This document shows, piece by piece, positions 19,628 to 27,786 of a DNA stretch of 64,000 nucleotides. How positions within the stretch are numbered: position 1 is the stretch's first letter; each line of letters begins with the position of its first letter. Under the pieces are notes generated by a model. The model was not told the origin of the DNA, did no database searches, and saw nothing but the letters and a program-made list of their open reading frames with translations. A program made the position numbers and the translations under genes. The DNA is from Candidatus Saccharimonadota bacterium (GTDB lineage: Bacteria > Patescibacteriota > Saccharimonadia > Saccharimonadales > Saccharimonadaceae): contig JAFRJZ010000005.1 in assembly GCA_017431945.1 (NCBI GenBank), forward strand, positions 14,259 through 78,258. Direction: 5' to 3'.

Positions 19628-19975
19628 TTAGGTTTTAGGGGTAGTAGTGCGAGTAAGAAGCTCAAATATTAAATTTTGAAGTTGAAAAAATGGCATATCT
19701 AGGAGGTCTTTACTATTAATAATAAAGATACAGTCAAGATTTTGTTTGAAATCAGGGAGTAATAGACGAATAGCTTCATAAACGCGACGACGAATTCGGT
19801 TGCGACTAACGGCACTTTTGAGAATTTTTTTAGAAACTACTACGCTGAAACGCTGGTGGTGACGAGAATTGGGAGCAAAAACAAGGGAAATCTGAGCACC
19901 ACGAATAGTAGTACCGTTTCGGTAAGTATATTTGATACCACCGCGAGAATGAAAACGGTATTTTTTGGCAATCAT
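19628..19975 (-). CDS. rnpA: Ribonuclease P protein component
   Basis: 115 aa and basic, with the RNR motif region SRNRIRRRVYEA. It lies between rpmH and yidC. Confidence 0.85.
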   Translation of the reverse strand: MIAKKYRFHSRGGIKYTYRNGTTIRGAQISLVFAPNSRHHQRFSVVVSKKILKSAVSRNRIRRRVYEAIRLLLPDFKQNLDCIFIINSKDLLDMPFFQLQNLIFELLTRTTTPKT

Positions 19976-19990
19976 AATTCCCTTTTAATA

Positions 19991-20128
19991 TTAGACGCTA
20001 AGTCGAGCGCGACCTTTAATACGACGACGCTTCAAAACTTTTTTACCAGCAGGAGAACTATTGCGTTTCATAAAGCCATGTTCGCGTTTGCGTTGGCGGG
20101 TATGTGGTTGATATGTGCGTTTTGGCAT
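19991..20128 (-). CDS. rpmH: 50S ribosomal protein L34
   Basis: Below the ORF-track size cutoff. My translation is [45 protein letters not shown] (45 aa), a canonical L34. Confidence 0.9.
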   Translation of the reverse strand: MPKRTYQPHTRQRKREHGFMKRNSSPAGKKVLKRRRIKGRARLSV

Positions 20129-20185
20129 AAATAATTCCTATATAAACTTTTAAAATTGACAAATATTGTATATAGTATACCGTAG

Positions 20186-20315
20186 ATTTCCACTATTTTC
20201 AAGAAGTTTTCCACATAAAAATCTGGTTAGTGGTATTAGTTGTGGAAAAAATGACCTCTGTTTAGTGTTGTCAAGTATTATAAAATATAAAATGAGAAGA
20301 AAATCCTGTGGAAAA
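20186..20315. promoter_or_regulatory. DnaA-box cluster upstream of dnaA (left half of a probable bipartite oriC / dnaA autoregulation)
   Basis: ttttccaca at 20207-20215, and tgtggaaaa at 20241-20249 and 20307-20315. A further tgtggaaaa lies at 20393-20401 inside dnaA. Each is a 1-mismatch variant of TTATCCACA. Confidence 0.6.
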
Positions 20316-20372
20316 GTCGGGAAAATTTGTTATAATAAGAGCAGTTATAAATTAAGTTGGTCAGGAGGTGAA

Positions 20373-21728
20373 ATGTTTGATGTGTGGAAAAATGTGCTAG
20401 CTGAGGTAGAACAAGAGATTCCACACGCCGCCTTTTCAACTTGGTTTACTGGGGTGACTTTAATTTCGGTAGAAGATGGAGTAGTGACGGTGGGGGTACC
20501 AAATGTCTTAAAGGTCAAACAGCTGGAAGTAAAATATAATGATTCGGTAAAGACCGCCCTAAGAAATAATGGGGTGGATTTTAAAGAAGTGAGATATATT
20601 GTTCATACTAGAGCTAAAACTAAACCTAAATCGCGCGAGGTGACAGGTGAACCAATAACGATAAAGAAAAAGAAGCTAAGTATACCAAAACGGAAATCGG
20701 GAGAATTTCAAACGGGCCTAAACCCGCGCTATACACTAGATAATTTTGTGATTGGTTCAAATAATGATTTGGCGGTAAGTGTAGCAAAAAGCGTGGTAGA
20801 AAATCCTGGTAAGAAGGCTAATCCGTTTTTCTTATATAGTGGTCCTGGGCTAGGTAAAACTCATCTGGTACAGGCAATTGGTAATGCCCTTTTGGCGCGT
20901 GACCCGAGTTTAAAAATATTATATATACCAATTAGTCATTTTTATTCGGATTTTATCAACTCAATTCAAAATAAGACCAGTGAAGAATTTACAAAAAAGT
21001 TTCGTAAACTAGATGTACTAATAGTGGATGATTTTCAATTTATTGTGGGTAAAGATAGAAGTCAAGAGGAATTTTTCCATATTTTTAATGATTTATATCA
21101 GTTAAATAAGCAGATTATTGTGACAAGTGATCGACTACCAAGCCAAATTAAAACGGTAGATGAAAGGTTGGCATCAAGGTTAACTTGGGGTAATGCGATT
21201 GATTTACAGATGCCAAGTTTTGAGGATAAGTGTGCAATTTTGAAATCTAAGGCGGAATTTATGGGGGCGGAAATTGAAGATGAGGCGGTAGAATACTTGG
21301 CGGATAATGTACGAACGAATATTCGTGATCTTGAAGGTGAATTAAATCACCTACTAGCAATTGCAGATTTAAAAAATATTACACCACTTGAAGTAATTAA
21401 TGATGGTTATATAAATACGGTAAAAACTCCGCATATGCAGACATTATCACCAAAGAAAATCCTAGAGAAAACAGCGAAATATTATGATTTAACAGTGAAA
21501 GAAATGTGTAGTAAAAGTCGGGTGTCGCATATTAAAAACGCTCGGCAAGTGGCGATGTATTTATTATCAGAAGAATTAGAAATGAGTACACCGAAAATCG
21601 CGCGAGAGGTGGGAGTTAAAGATCATACGACAGTAATGCATGGAATTAAGAAAATTAAAAACGATTTAAAATTAAATTTTAATTTGAGAGAACAAATTGC
21701 GGGGATACGAGAGAGGCTTTATGAATAA
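20373..21728 (+). CDS. dnaA: Chromosomal replication initiator DnaA
   Basis: The start is set at MFDVWKNVL (ATG at 20373, preceded by aggagg). The 69-codon N-terminal extension in the track ORF covers the DnaA-box region and is rejected. Walker A GPGLGKTHL, box VII and a C-terminal HTH (KDHTTVMHGIKKI) are present. Confidence 0.95.
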   Translation: MFDVWKNVLAEVEQEIPHAAFSTWFTGVTLISVEDGVVTVGVPNVLKVKQLEVKYNDSVKTALRNNGVDFKEVRYIVHTRAKTKPKSREVTGEPITIKKKKLSIPKRKSGEFQTGLNPRYTLDNFVIGSNNDLAVSVAKSVVENPGKKANPFFLYSGPGLGKTHLVQAIGNALLARDPSLKILYIPISHFYSDFINSIQNKTSEEFTKKFRKLDVLIVDDFQFIVGKDRSQEEFFHIFNDLYQLNKQIIVTSDRLPSQIKTVDERLASRLTWGNAIDLQMPSFEDKCAILKSKAEFMGAEIEDEAVEYLADNVRTNIRDLEGELNHLLAIADLKNITPLEVINDGYINTVKTPHMQTLSPKKILEKTAKYYDLTVKEMCSKSRVSHIKNARQVAMYLLSEELEMSTPKIAREVGVKDHTTVMHGIKKIKNDLKLNFNLREQIAGIRERLYE

Positions 21729-21731
21729 AAT

Positions 21732-21985
21732 TGTGGATAAAATGTGGGGAAGTTTGTGGGTAAGTCTGTGGAGAAATTGTGGGGAAAAAATTAGTGGGTG
21801 GTGGAAAAATGTGATTTTTATAAAAAAATGTGAAAAAGTGGGTGGTTTTACACATAATGGGGGTGATTCTACACTGAGATTTACACAGGAAAATTACCTC
21901 TGTTATAATAGTTTATTTTCCACAATTTCCACAGGGTTTATTACTACTATAATAAATAATTTATTAAATTATAATATAAATGTGA
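21732..21985. promoter_or_regulatory. Probable oriC core: DnaA-box array plus AT-rich unwinding region in the dnaA-dnaN spacer
   Basis: A perfect tgtggataa lies at 21732-21740. Degenerate tgtggg/tgtgga boxes follow through ~21810. Then come ttttccaca (21916-21924) and atttccaca (21925-21933), and a nearly pure A/T stretch at 21937-21985. Confidence 0.65.
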
Positions 21986-21995
21986 GGAGGTGTAT

Positions 21996-23108
21996 ATGAA
22001 AATTGAAGTCACACAAGAAAAAATAAATAAAGCGTTAAACATCGTAAGTAAAGTGGCGGGTGGAAATAGAGCAACTTTACCTATACTAAATAACATTTTA
22101 ATAAAAGTGGAAAAAAAGAAAGTTTCATTAACTGCGACTAATTTAGATGTGGCAATAGTAGATTATATACCAACTAGTAAATCAGAAGATGGTAATGTAA
22201 CGATACCAGCAAGACTGTTGGCAGATTTTGTGAGTAATCTACCGAGGGGCGAGATGGTAGAAATTAGTACTGACGGTAATAAAGTGAAAATAAAATCGGG
22301 CAAGTACGCTTCAATTATTAATGGGACGCCAGCGGATGATTATCCAGAATTACCGGAAATTGATGAGAAAAAAGCATTAACATTTAAGATGAATGTGGAT
22401 GATTTTAAAGAAGGTTTGGAAGGGATAGTATTTGCAAGTTCAAATGATTTAACTAGGCCGGCACTAACTGGGGTATATTTTAATACTAATGATAGTGATT
22501 TGTATTTGGCGGCGACTGATGGGTATAGATTAGCAGAACGAAAATTTATTAGTAAAGTAAAAAGTGAGGTAGAAGCAATTGTGCCGGCGGGGTCACTACA
22601 AGAAGTGTTGCGTTCAGTAGATGATGAGACTGAGGAAATTGAGATTTTGTTTGACGAATCACAAGTGAGATTTAGATTAGATGAAATAGAGATAACTTCA
22701 AAATTGATTGATGGGTCGTTCCCCGATTATCGTCAGTTGATACCAAAAAAATCAGATATAGAGGTAGAACTAGAGCGTGAGGAACTAGTGAGAGTGACGA
22801 AACTTGCGGCGCTATTTGCACGAGAGGTCGGGGGATCGGTGATATTGGAAACTAATAAAGAAAAGCAAGTTTTTACGATTGCATCGGTAGTAAATGAATA
22901 TGGTGAAAATACTTCGGAAATTGAAACTAAAATAGATAAAGATGTAAAAGTGGTGCTAAATTCGCGATATCTACTAGATGTATTAAATATATTAAAAGAT
23001 GAGAAGGTGGGACTGAGATTTTCAAATAAATTGGATCCGGTGGTGGTTAAAAATGCCTCTGATAAGGGTGAATATACACATATAATTATGCCGTTAAATA
23101 TGAAATGA
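21996..23108 (+). CDS. dnaN: DNA polymerase III beta sliding clamp
   Basis: MKIEVTQEKINKAL...ATDGYRLA... The length (~370 aa) and the position after dnaA fit. The ATG at 21996 follows gaggagg; the track uses GTG at 21990. Confidence 0.93.
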   Translation: MKIEVTQEKINKALNIVSKVAGGNRATLPILNNILIKVEKKKVSLTATNLDVAIVDYIPTSKSEDGNVTIPARLLADFVSNLPRGEMVEISTDGNKVKIKSGKYASIINGTPADDYPELPEIDEKKALTFKMNVDDFKEGLEGIVFASSNDLTRPALTGVYFNTNDSDLYLAATDGYRLAERKFISKVKSEVEAIVPAGSLQEVLRSVDDETEEIEILFDESQVRFRLDEIEITSKLIDGSFPDYRQLIPKKSDIEVELEREELVRVTKLAALFAREVGGSVILETNKEKQVFTIASVVNEYGENTSEIETKIDKDVKVVLNSRYLLDVLNILKDEKVGLRFSNKLDPVVVKNASDKGEYTHIIMPLNMK

Positions 23109-24115
23109 TAATTAAGAGAGTAGAATTAGTAAATTTTCGTTGTCACACGAAGTATCAGTTAGAATGCGTAGAGATGACTTCGCAGATTTTGGGTGAAAAT
23201 GGAGCGGGCAAAACTTCAGTACTGGAAGCGATTTATGAGGCGATGCGAGGTAAAAGTTTTCGGGCGGTGGATACGGAAATATTGAAGCGGGGAGAGGAAT
23301 TTTATCGGGTAGAAATAGAATATAATAGTGGTGAGCGAATAGTAGTGGTGTATGACGGGGTAAAAAAGCAATTTTTAGTAGAAGATAAGAAATTTACTAG
23401 GTTACCGAAAAAAAATCGTTATCCAGTGATATTATTTGAACCGAGTGATATGGGATTAATAGGGACAAGTCCAACCAAAAAACGCGACTATTTTGACCGC
23501 TTTATAGGCGGTTTTGATGAGAAATATGTGTCTGATCTTAATAAGTATAAAAAGGCGCTCAAACAGCGAAATGAGACCCTTAAAAGTGATTTAGTGACGC
23601 GAGATGCGTTATTTTCGTGGAATGTATTATTAGCAAAACTGGGGTGCGAGATTGCAAAAAAACGGCGAAAATTAATCACAGAGGTGAATAATGAATTAAC
23701 CGATTATTATCGTTCAATAGCCGAAAATAAGGATAAAGTATGGATAGAATATTTGAATTTTGGTGAAATCGAGGAGATTTTGATAGATGAGAGTCAGTAT
23801 TTGAGACGACTGGAAACAGATTTTGAACGAGATAAAATATTACAGCATACGAGTTTTGGAATACATAAAGATAATTATAAGTTTATATTTAACAATCAAG
23901 ATGCGGATGGTTCGGCAAGTCGGGGAGAGAGTCGTTCGGTGATATTAGCATTAAAATTTATTGAGGCGAAAAAATTGCAAGAAAATACTGGTAAAAAACC
24001 GCTGGTACTACTAGATGATGTGTTTTCGGAGTTAGATAAAAAGCGCCAAAAATATTTAGTAAAGAATTTTCAAAATCATCAAGTGATATTAACTAGTGTA
24101 ACTAAGAATTTGTAG
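23105..24115 (+). CDS. recF: DNA replication and repair protein RecF
   Basis: N-terminal Walker A GENGAGKTSVLEAI, an SMC-like signature region, and C-terminal LLLDDVFSELD. Coupled to dnaN (ATGA overlap). Confidence 0.85.
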   Translation: MIIKRVELVNFRCHTKYQLECVEMTSQILGENGAGKTSVLEAIYEAMRGKSFRAVDTEILKRGEEFYRVEIEYNSGERIVVVYDGVKKQFLVEDKKFTRLPKKNRYPVILFEPSDMGLIGTSPTKKRDYFDRFIGGFDEKYVSDLNKYKKALKQRNETLKSDLVTRDALFSWNVLLAKLGCEIAKKRRKLITEVNNELTDYYRSIAENKDKVWIEYLNFGEIEEILIDESQYLRRLETDFERDKILQHTSFGIHKDNYKFIFNNQDADGSASRGESRSVILALKFIEAKKLQENTGKKPLVLLDDVFSELDKKRQKYLVKNFQNHQVILTSVTKNL

Positions 24116-25958
24116 TGGGGGGAGGAGTATTTTCGCTGGCGGTAGCGGCGGGATTGGTAGTGATGAGAGATTCTTCGGTTTCGGAGGCGATAACTTGAAT
24201 ATGGACATGATTACTACCAGCAAAGAAGAGGCCTTGACCGACTGGGAAATTATTAAGGCGTTTGCGCTCTTCGTCGGTGAGTTTAAAGACATCAGAGAGA
24301 ACATCAACAGCAGAGGAAGATTGTTTGAGAAGAAGTTGCATAGAGGAGTTATTAACAATGGCGCGACCCATCTTGGTAGACATAAAATCTTCAACGTCCT
24401 GAGTGATAGTAGTAAGGCCAAGATAGTACTTACGGGCGCGCTTAGCAAGGCTGAATAAGAAATTAGCAGAATCTTCAAATTGCATCAGTTGCCAGGCCTC
24501 ATCAACGATAAGGAGGCGTTTTTTCTGCTCGGCGCGAACGACATTCCAAATATGGCTAAGAATAATATACATAGCGACAGGACGGAGTTCGTCTTCGAGG
24601 TCGCGAATATTGAAGACTACCATTTGATTATTAATGTCAACATTGGATTGTTGGGAAAAGATACCAGCAAAAGTACCAGTAGTGTATTTACGGAGGCGCT
24701 GAGCGAGTTCGGGACCAGAACCGTCCATGTGGGCGAGAGTATCATAGAGTTCTTTGATAGTGGGTGGTGGTGACTGGTGAGTGAGTGGATCAGAGGTGAT
24801 ACCGGCGCGTGCGTAGGTATCAATAAGGGCTTGATCGAGATCGGCTTCTTCGTTAGCAGAGAGAGCGGGAATAACCATACCATTATTAGAAGTGGTGGCG
24901 CTACCCATCATGAGGCGGAAAAGGCCATGGAGAGTAACGAGATTAGCACGCAATGCGTCGTTAGCGTCTTCGGAATCGATAACTTTGGGTAAGTCAAAAG
25001 GGTTAATACGAACGTCAGAGTTGAGTGAGAGGCGAATATAAGAGCCACCGACGGCGTCGCAGAGTTTTTGGTATTCGTTCTCGGGGTCGATGATGATGAT
25101 TTCAGTGCCAATCATCATGGAGCGAATAGCTTCGAGTTTAACGGCGAAAGATTTACCAGCACCAGACTTAGCAAAGACTACCATATTGGCATTTTCAAGG
25201 GTGAAACGATCGAATATTACAAGACCGTTATTATGCATATTGATACCATATAAAATACCTTTTTCTTGAGTAAGGTCGGCGGAAGTAAAAGGAAAACTAG
25301 TAGAAATGGCGCCAGTATTCATATTACGACGGATTTGAAGTTGATCGGTGCATTGAGGCATAGTACTATTCATTCCCTGCTCTTGTTGAGAGCTGGCAAC
25401 CTTAGAAAAAACCATTTGTTGACCAAAGATAGTTTCGATTTTGTGTTGAACGAATTCAAGTTCTTCGAGTGAATTAGCCCAGAGAGTAATATAAAGACCA
25501 AAACGGAAAAATTTCTCGGCACCGACTTGTAGTTGGTCGCGGAGTTCCTCGGCGTCACTAATAGCGGCTTCAAGCTCAGGATCGCGGATTTTACCCTTTT
25601 CGGAATTAATACTGTAAGATGCTTCAAGCTGGGTGACTTTTTTACGGAGGTTTTTCATAACGACGCCAGTATCAACTGGGTAGATATACATAGAAAGGTC
25701 AAGGACTTCGTCAATATTAATGATAGATGAAAGCCAACCAGTAAAGAGTTCGCGCGGATAACCATAAACATAGATAGTACGGCCATATTTAGTACCAAGA
25801 CGGAAATAGCTAGAATGAATTTCAATAGAAGAAGGAGAAATCATATCGCGGAGAGTGGTAATACCCTGCTCGAAGGCGCGCTGAATCTCGGCATCTTCTT
25901 GGGCCTGAGCATTGGCAGCAATTTGAGCGGGGGTTGGCTGAGGTTGTTTTTTAGCCAT
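24102..25958 (-). CDS. virB4: VirB4/TraC-like type IV secretion ATPase
   Basis: 618 aa. Walker A FAKSGAGKSFAVK and Walker B RLLIVDEAWQL (the DEAW typical of VirB4/TrbE). The N-terminal region is of the Gram-positive VirB4 type (YGYPRELFTGWL). Confidence 0.85.
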   Translation of the reverse strand: MAKKQPQPTPAQIAANAQAQEDAEIQRAFEQGITTLRDMISPSSIEIHSSYFRLGTKYGRTIYVYGYPRELFTGWLSSIINIDEVLDLSMYIYPVDTGVVMKNLRKKVTQLEASYSINSEKGKIRDPELEAAISDAEELRDQLQVGAEKFFRFGLYITLWANSLEELEFVQHKIETIFGQQMVFSKVASSQQEQGMNSTMPQCTDQLQIRRNMNTGAISTSFPFTSADLTQEKGILYGINMHNNGLVIFDRFTLENANMVVFAKSGAGKSFAVKLEAIRSMMIGTEIIIIDPENEYQKLCDAVGGSYIRLSLNSDVRINPFDLPKVIDSEDANDALRANLVTLHGLFRLMMGSATTSNNGMVIPALSANEEADLDQALIDTYARAGITSDPLTHQSPPPTIKELYDTLAHMDGSGPELAQRLRKYTTGTFAGIFSQQSNVDINNQMVVFNIRDLEDELRPVAMYIILSHIWNVVRAEQKKRLLIVDEAWQLMQFEDSANFLFSLAKRARKYYLGLTTITQDVEDFMSTKMGRAIVNNSSMQLLLKQSSSAVDVLSDVFKLTDEERKRLNNFPVGQGLFFAGSNHVHIQVIASETEESLITTNPAATASENTPPPTTNS

Positions 25959-26847
25959 TTTGAACTCCTTTCTTTACATAGGTGGTAGCAAGTTTATGAA
26001 AATCACCTAACGGTTCGCGAACGGCGGTGTCGGGATTATTAAAGTTATAATATAATTCACCGAGTTCCTTAGTATTAAGGCGGACGGACTGGATACCAAT
26101 TTGAAAAAGGCCAGAGATGACAGATTCGACGCGGTTGTTAATTTCAGTGATAGCTTTTTCATAAGTGTCGCGATTAATGCGAGTGACTTCGGGGGCTTTG
26201 GTTTTACCGAAAGTTTTGAAGAAATTTTTGCTTTCTTCGAGGGATTTTTCGGCTTCTTTGGAAGTATAATATGGGATAACAATAAAGAAAGATTTATCCA
26301 TAATATTGGCTTCTTGAGAGAGAATATCGATAAAGTTGATATAATCGTCCATGAGAACGCCAAGGAGCATATTATCATTATTGCGACGGATATTAGAAAG
26401 ACGTTCTAAATAAGGGCCGATATCAACGCGTTGGGAACGGACAAGAATTTGGATAGTAAAAGTGAGAGAATTGAGAAAGTTTTGATAAGAATATTCGACG
26501 CCTTCGCGTTCGGCGGCAGACATAAGGTCGAAGTTGATAGATTTACAGGCGACGACGGCGCGGAACGAGCCGTCTTTCATGATGACGAGACTATCGCGAA
26601 GCTCAGAGATAAGTAGAGTGGACTGAGTGGCGACGGGGGAGTCGGGGGTGGTGTGAGTGGAGACGGGCTTTTGCTCGGGGGCGGCAGGCTGAGGAGCTGG
26701 CTGTTGTTGAATAACTGGTTGGGGTTGAGTAGCCTGGGGGGCAGGTTGCGGTACTGGTTGTTGGGTTACCGGTGGTTGTGGTACTGGTTGTGGTGCTGCC
26801 TGGGGTGCCGGTTGTTGTTGATAGGGTTGCGCTTGATTATTATCCAT
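25951..26847 (-). CDS. T4SS-associated hypothetical protein with a Pro/Gln-rich N-terminus
   Basis: 298 aa. The first ~60 aa are a QP/AP low-complexity tract. The remainder loosely resembles the N-terminal region of VirB4-type proteins (my impression only). 8-nt overlap with virB4. Confidence 0.45.
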   Translation of the reverse strand: MDNNQAQPYQQQPAPQAAPQPVPQPPVTQQPVPQPAPQATQPQPVIQQQPAPQPAAPEQKPVSTHTTPDSPVATQSTLLISELRDSLVIMKDGSFRAVVACKSINFDLMSAAEREGVEYSYQNFLNSLTFTIQILVRSQRVDIGPYLERLSNIRRNNDNMLLGVLMDDYINFIDILSQEANIMDKSFFIVIPYYTSKEAEKSLEESKNFFKTFGKTKAPEVTRINRDTYEKAITEINNRVESVISGLFQIGIQSVRLNTKELGELYYNFNNPDTAVREPLGDFHKLATTYVKKGVQNG

Positions 26848-26850
26848 AAA

Positions 26851-27732
26851 TTACCTCAAAGAAATATAAACTTCGTCCTTTTGATTAATACGATTAGCTT
26901 CTTTTTGAATAGTCTCGATTGAATAATCGGGATTATTAGCTAGTTCTATTATACTAGGTTTTGGTGGTTTTGTGCTAGTGGTTTTTGATGATTTAAGGTC
27001 AGGTTTAACCATAACATCGTTTTGAGATGTTATGGATTTTTCTTCAGTTTCTATATTTTTTGTACTAGATTCAACTTTATCTTTAGGAGAATTTTCGGAT
27101 TTTTTGTTATGTTTTTCAATACTTGGTGGTGTTAAATCTTTTTCTCTTTCGATTTCTTGAATAGCAGTACGCATTTGGTTTAGAACTTCGCTTTTGTGAG
27201 CAGCTTGTTCTTGGTTAATCATGTAATCAATATTATTAGTGTTAGTATTATCGAAAATATCGGGGGCGTTGTTGGCTTCAGCGGCATAATCGTCACGCAT
27301 AGAAGTGGTGTTTTTGATGGATTCACCCTCGGTATCGACGATATCAGCGAGGAAAGAGAGGCGGTGGCTGGCTTCTTCTTCGGAAATGTCGCGGACGCGG
27401 GGTTTCTCGACAACTTTGGGGGCGGTGATGGTAATAGTAGACTCGCGCTGGCCGGGAATCCAAAAACGTTTGCGGGGCTTGAGATAAAAAGAGACGAGAG
27501 CAGCGAGATAAGTCTCCATGGGCTGGTCTTTTTTAAGGGGTAGGGCAAGGATAGCGAAGAAGAAAATAATCGGAATAGGAATAATGGCGAGTAGAGGAAA
27601 AATCTGAAAAAGCCCAATAGCAATGGCAACACCAGCACCAGCAATTAAAAGATAGATGAATTGGCGGAACGAAAAAGGCCCGAGGAGTTTATCGTCGGCT
27701 TCGACGTCTTGAGGAACTTTGTATTGTGCCAT
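26851..27732 (-). CDS. PrgI-family (VirB3-like) T4SS membrane protein with a long disordered C-terminal extension
   Basis: The N-terminus MAQYKVPQDVEADDKLLGPFSFRQFIYLLIAGAGV, followed by two TM helices, matches the PrgI-family pattern as I remember it. Confidence 0.55.
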   Translation of the reverse strand: MAQYKVPQDVEADDKLLGPFSFRQFIYLLIAGAGVAIAIGLFQIFPLLAIIPIPIIFFFAILALPLKKDQPMETYLAALVSFYLKPRKRFWIPGQRESTITITAPKVVEKPRVRDISEEEASHRLSFLADIVDTEGESIKNTTSMRDDYAAEANNAPDIFDNTNTNNIDYMINQEQAAHKSEVLNQMRTAIQEIEREKDLTPPSIEKHNKKSENSPKDKVESSTKNIETEEKSITSQNDVMVKPDLKSSKTTSTKPPKPSIIELANNPDYSIETIQKEANRINQKDEVYISLR

Positions 27733-27786
27733 ATATTGTATATTATAGCATAATTTTTATGGTTGTTGAATTGGCCGAGTATGTAT

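Noticed and set aside
20166-20372. A 69-codon N-terminal extension of dnaA in the ORF track.
   Set aside because: It has no SD, and it covers the DnaA-box cluster and AT-rich promoter region. A canonical aggagg-ATG start giving MFDVWKNVL... lies at 20373.
21697-21999. A 100-aa ORF in the dnaA-dnaN spacer.
   Set aside because: Its Trp/Gly/Lys-rich translation (MWGSLWVSLWRNCGEK...) is just the reading of repeated tgtgg DnaA boxes. The region is better explained as oriC.
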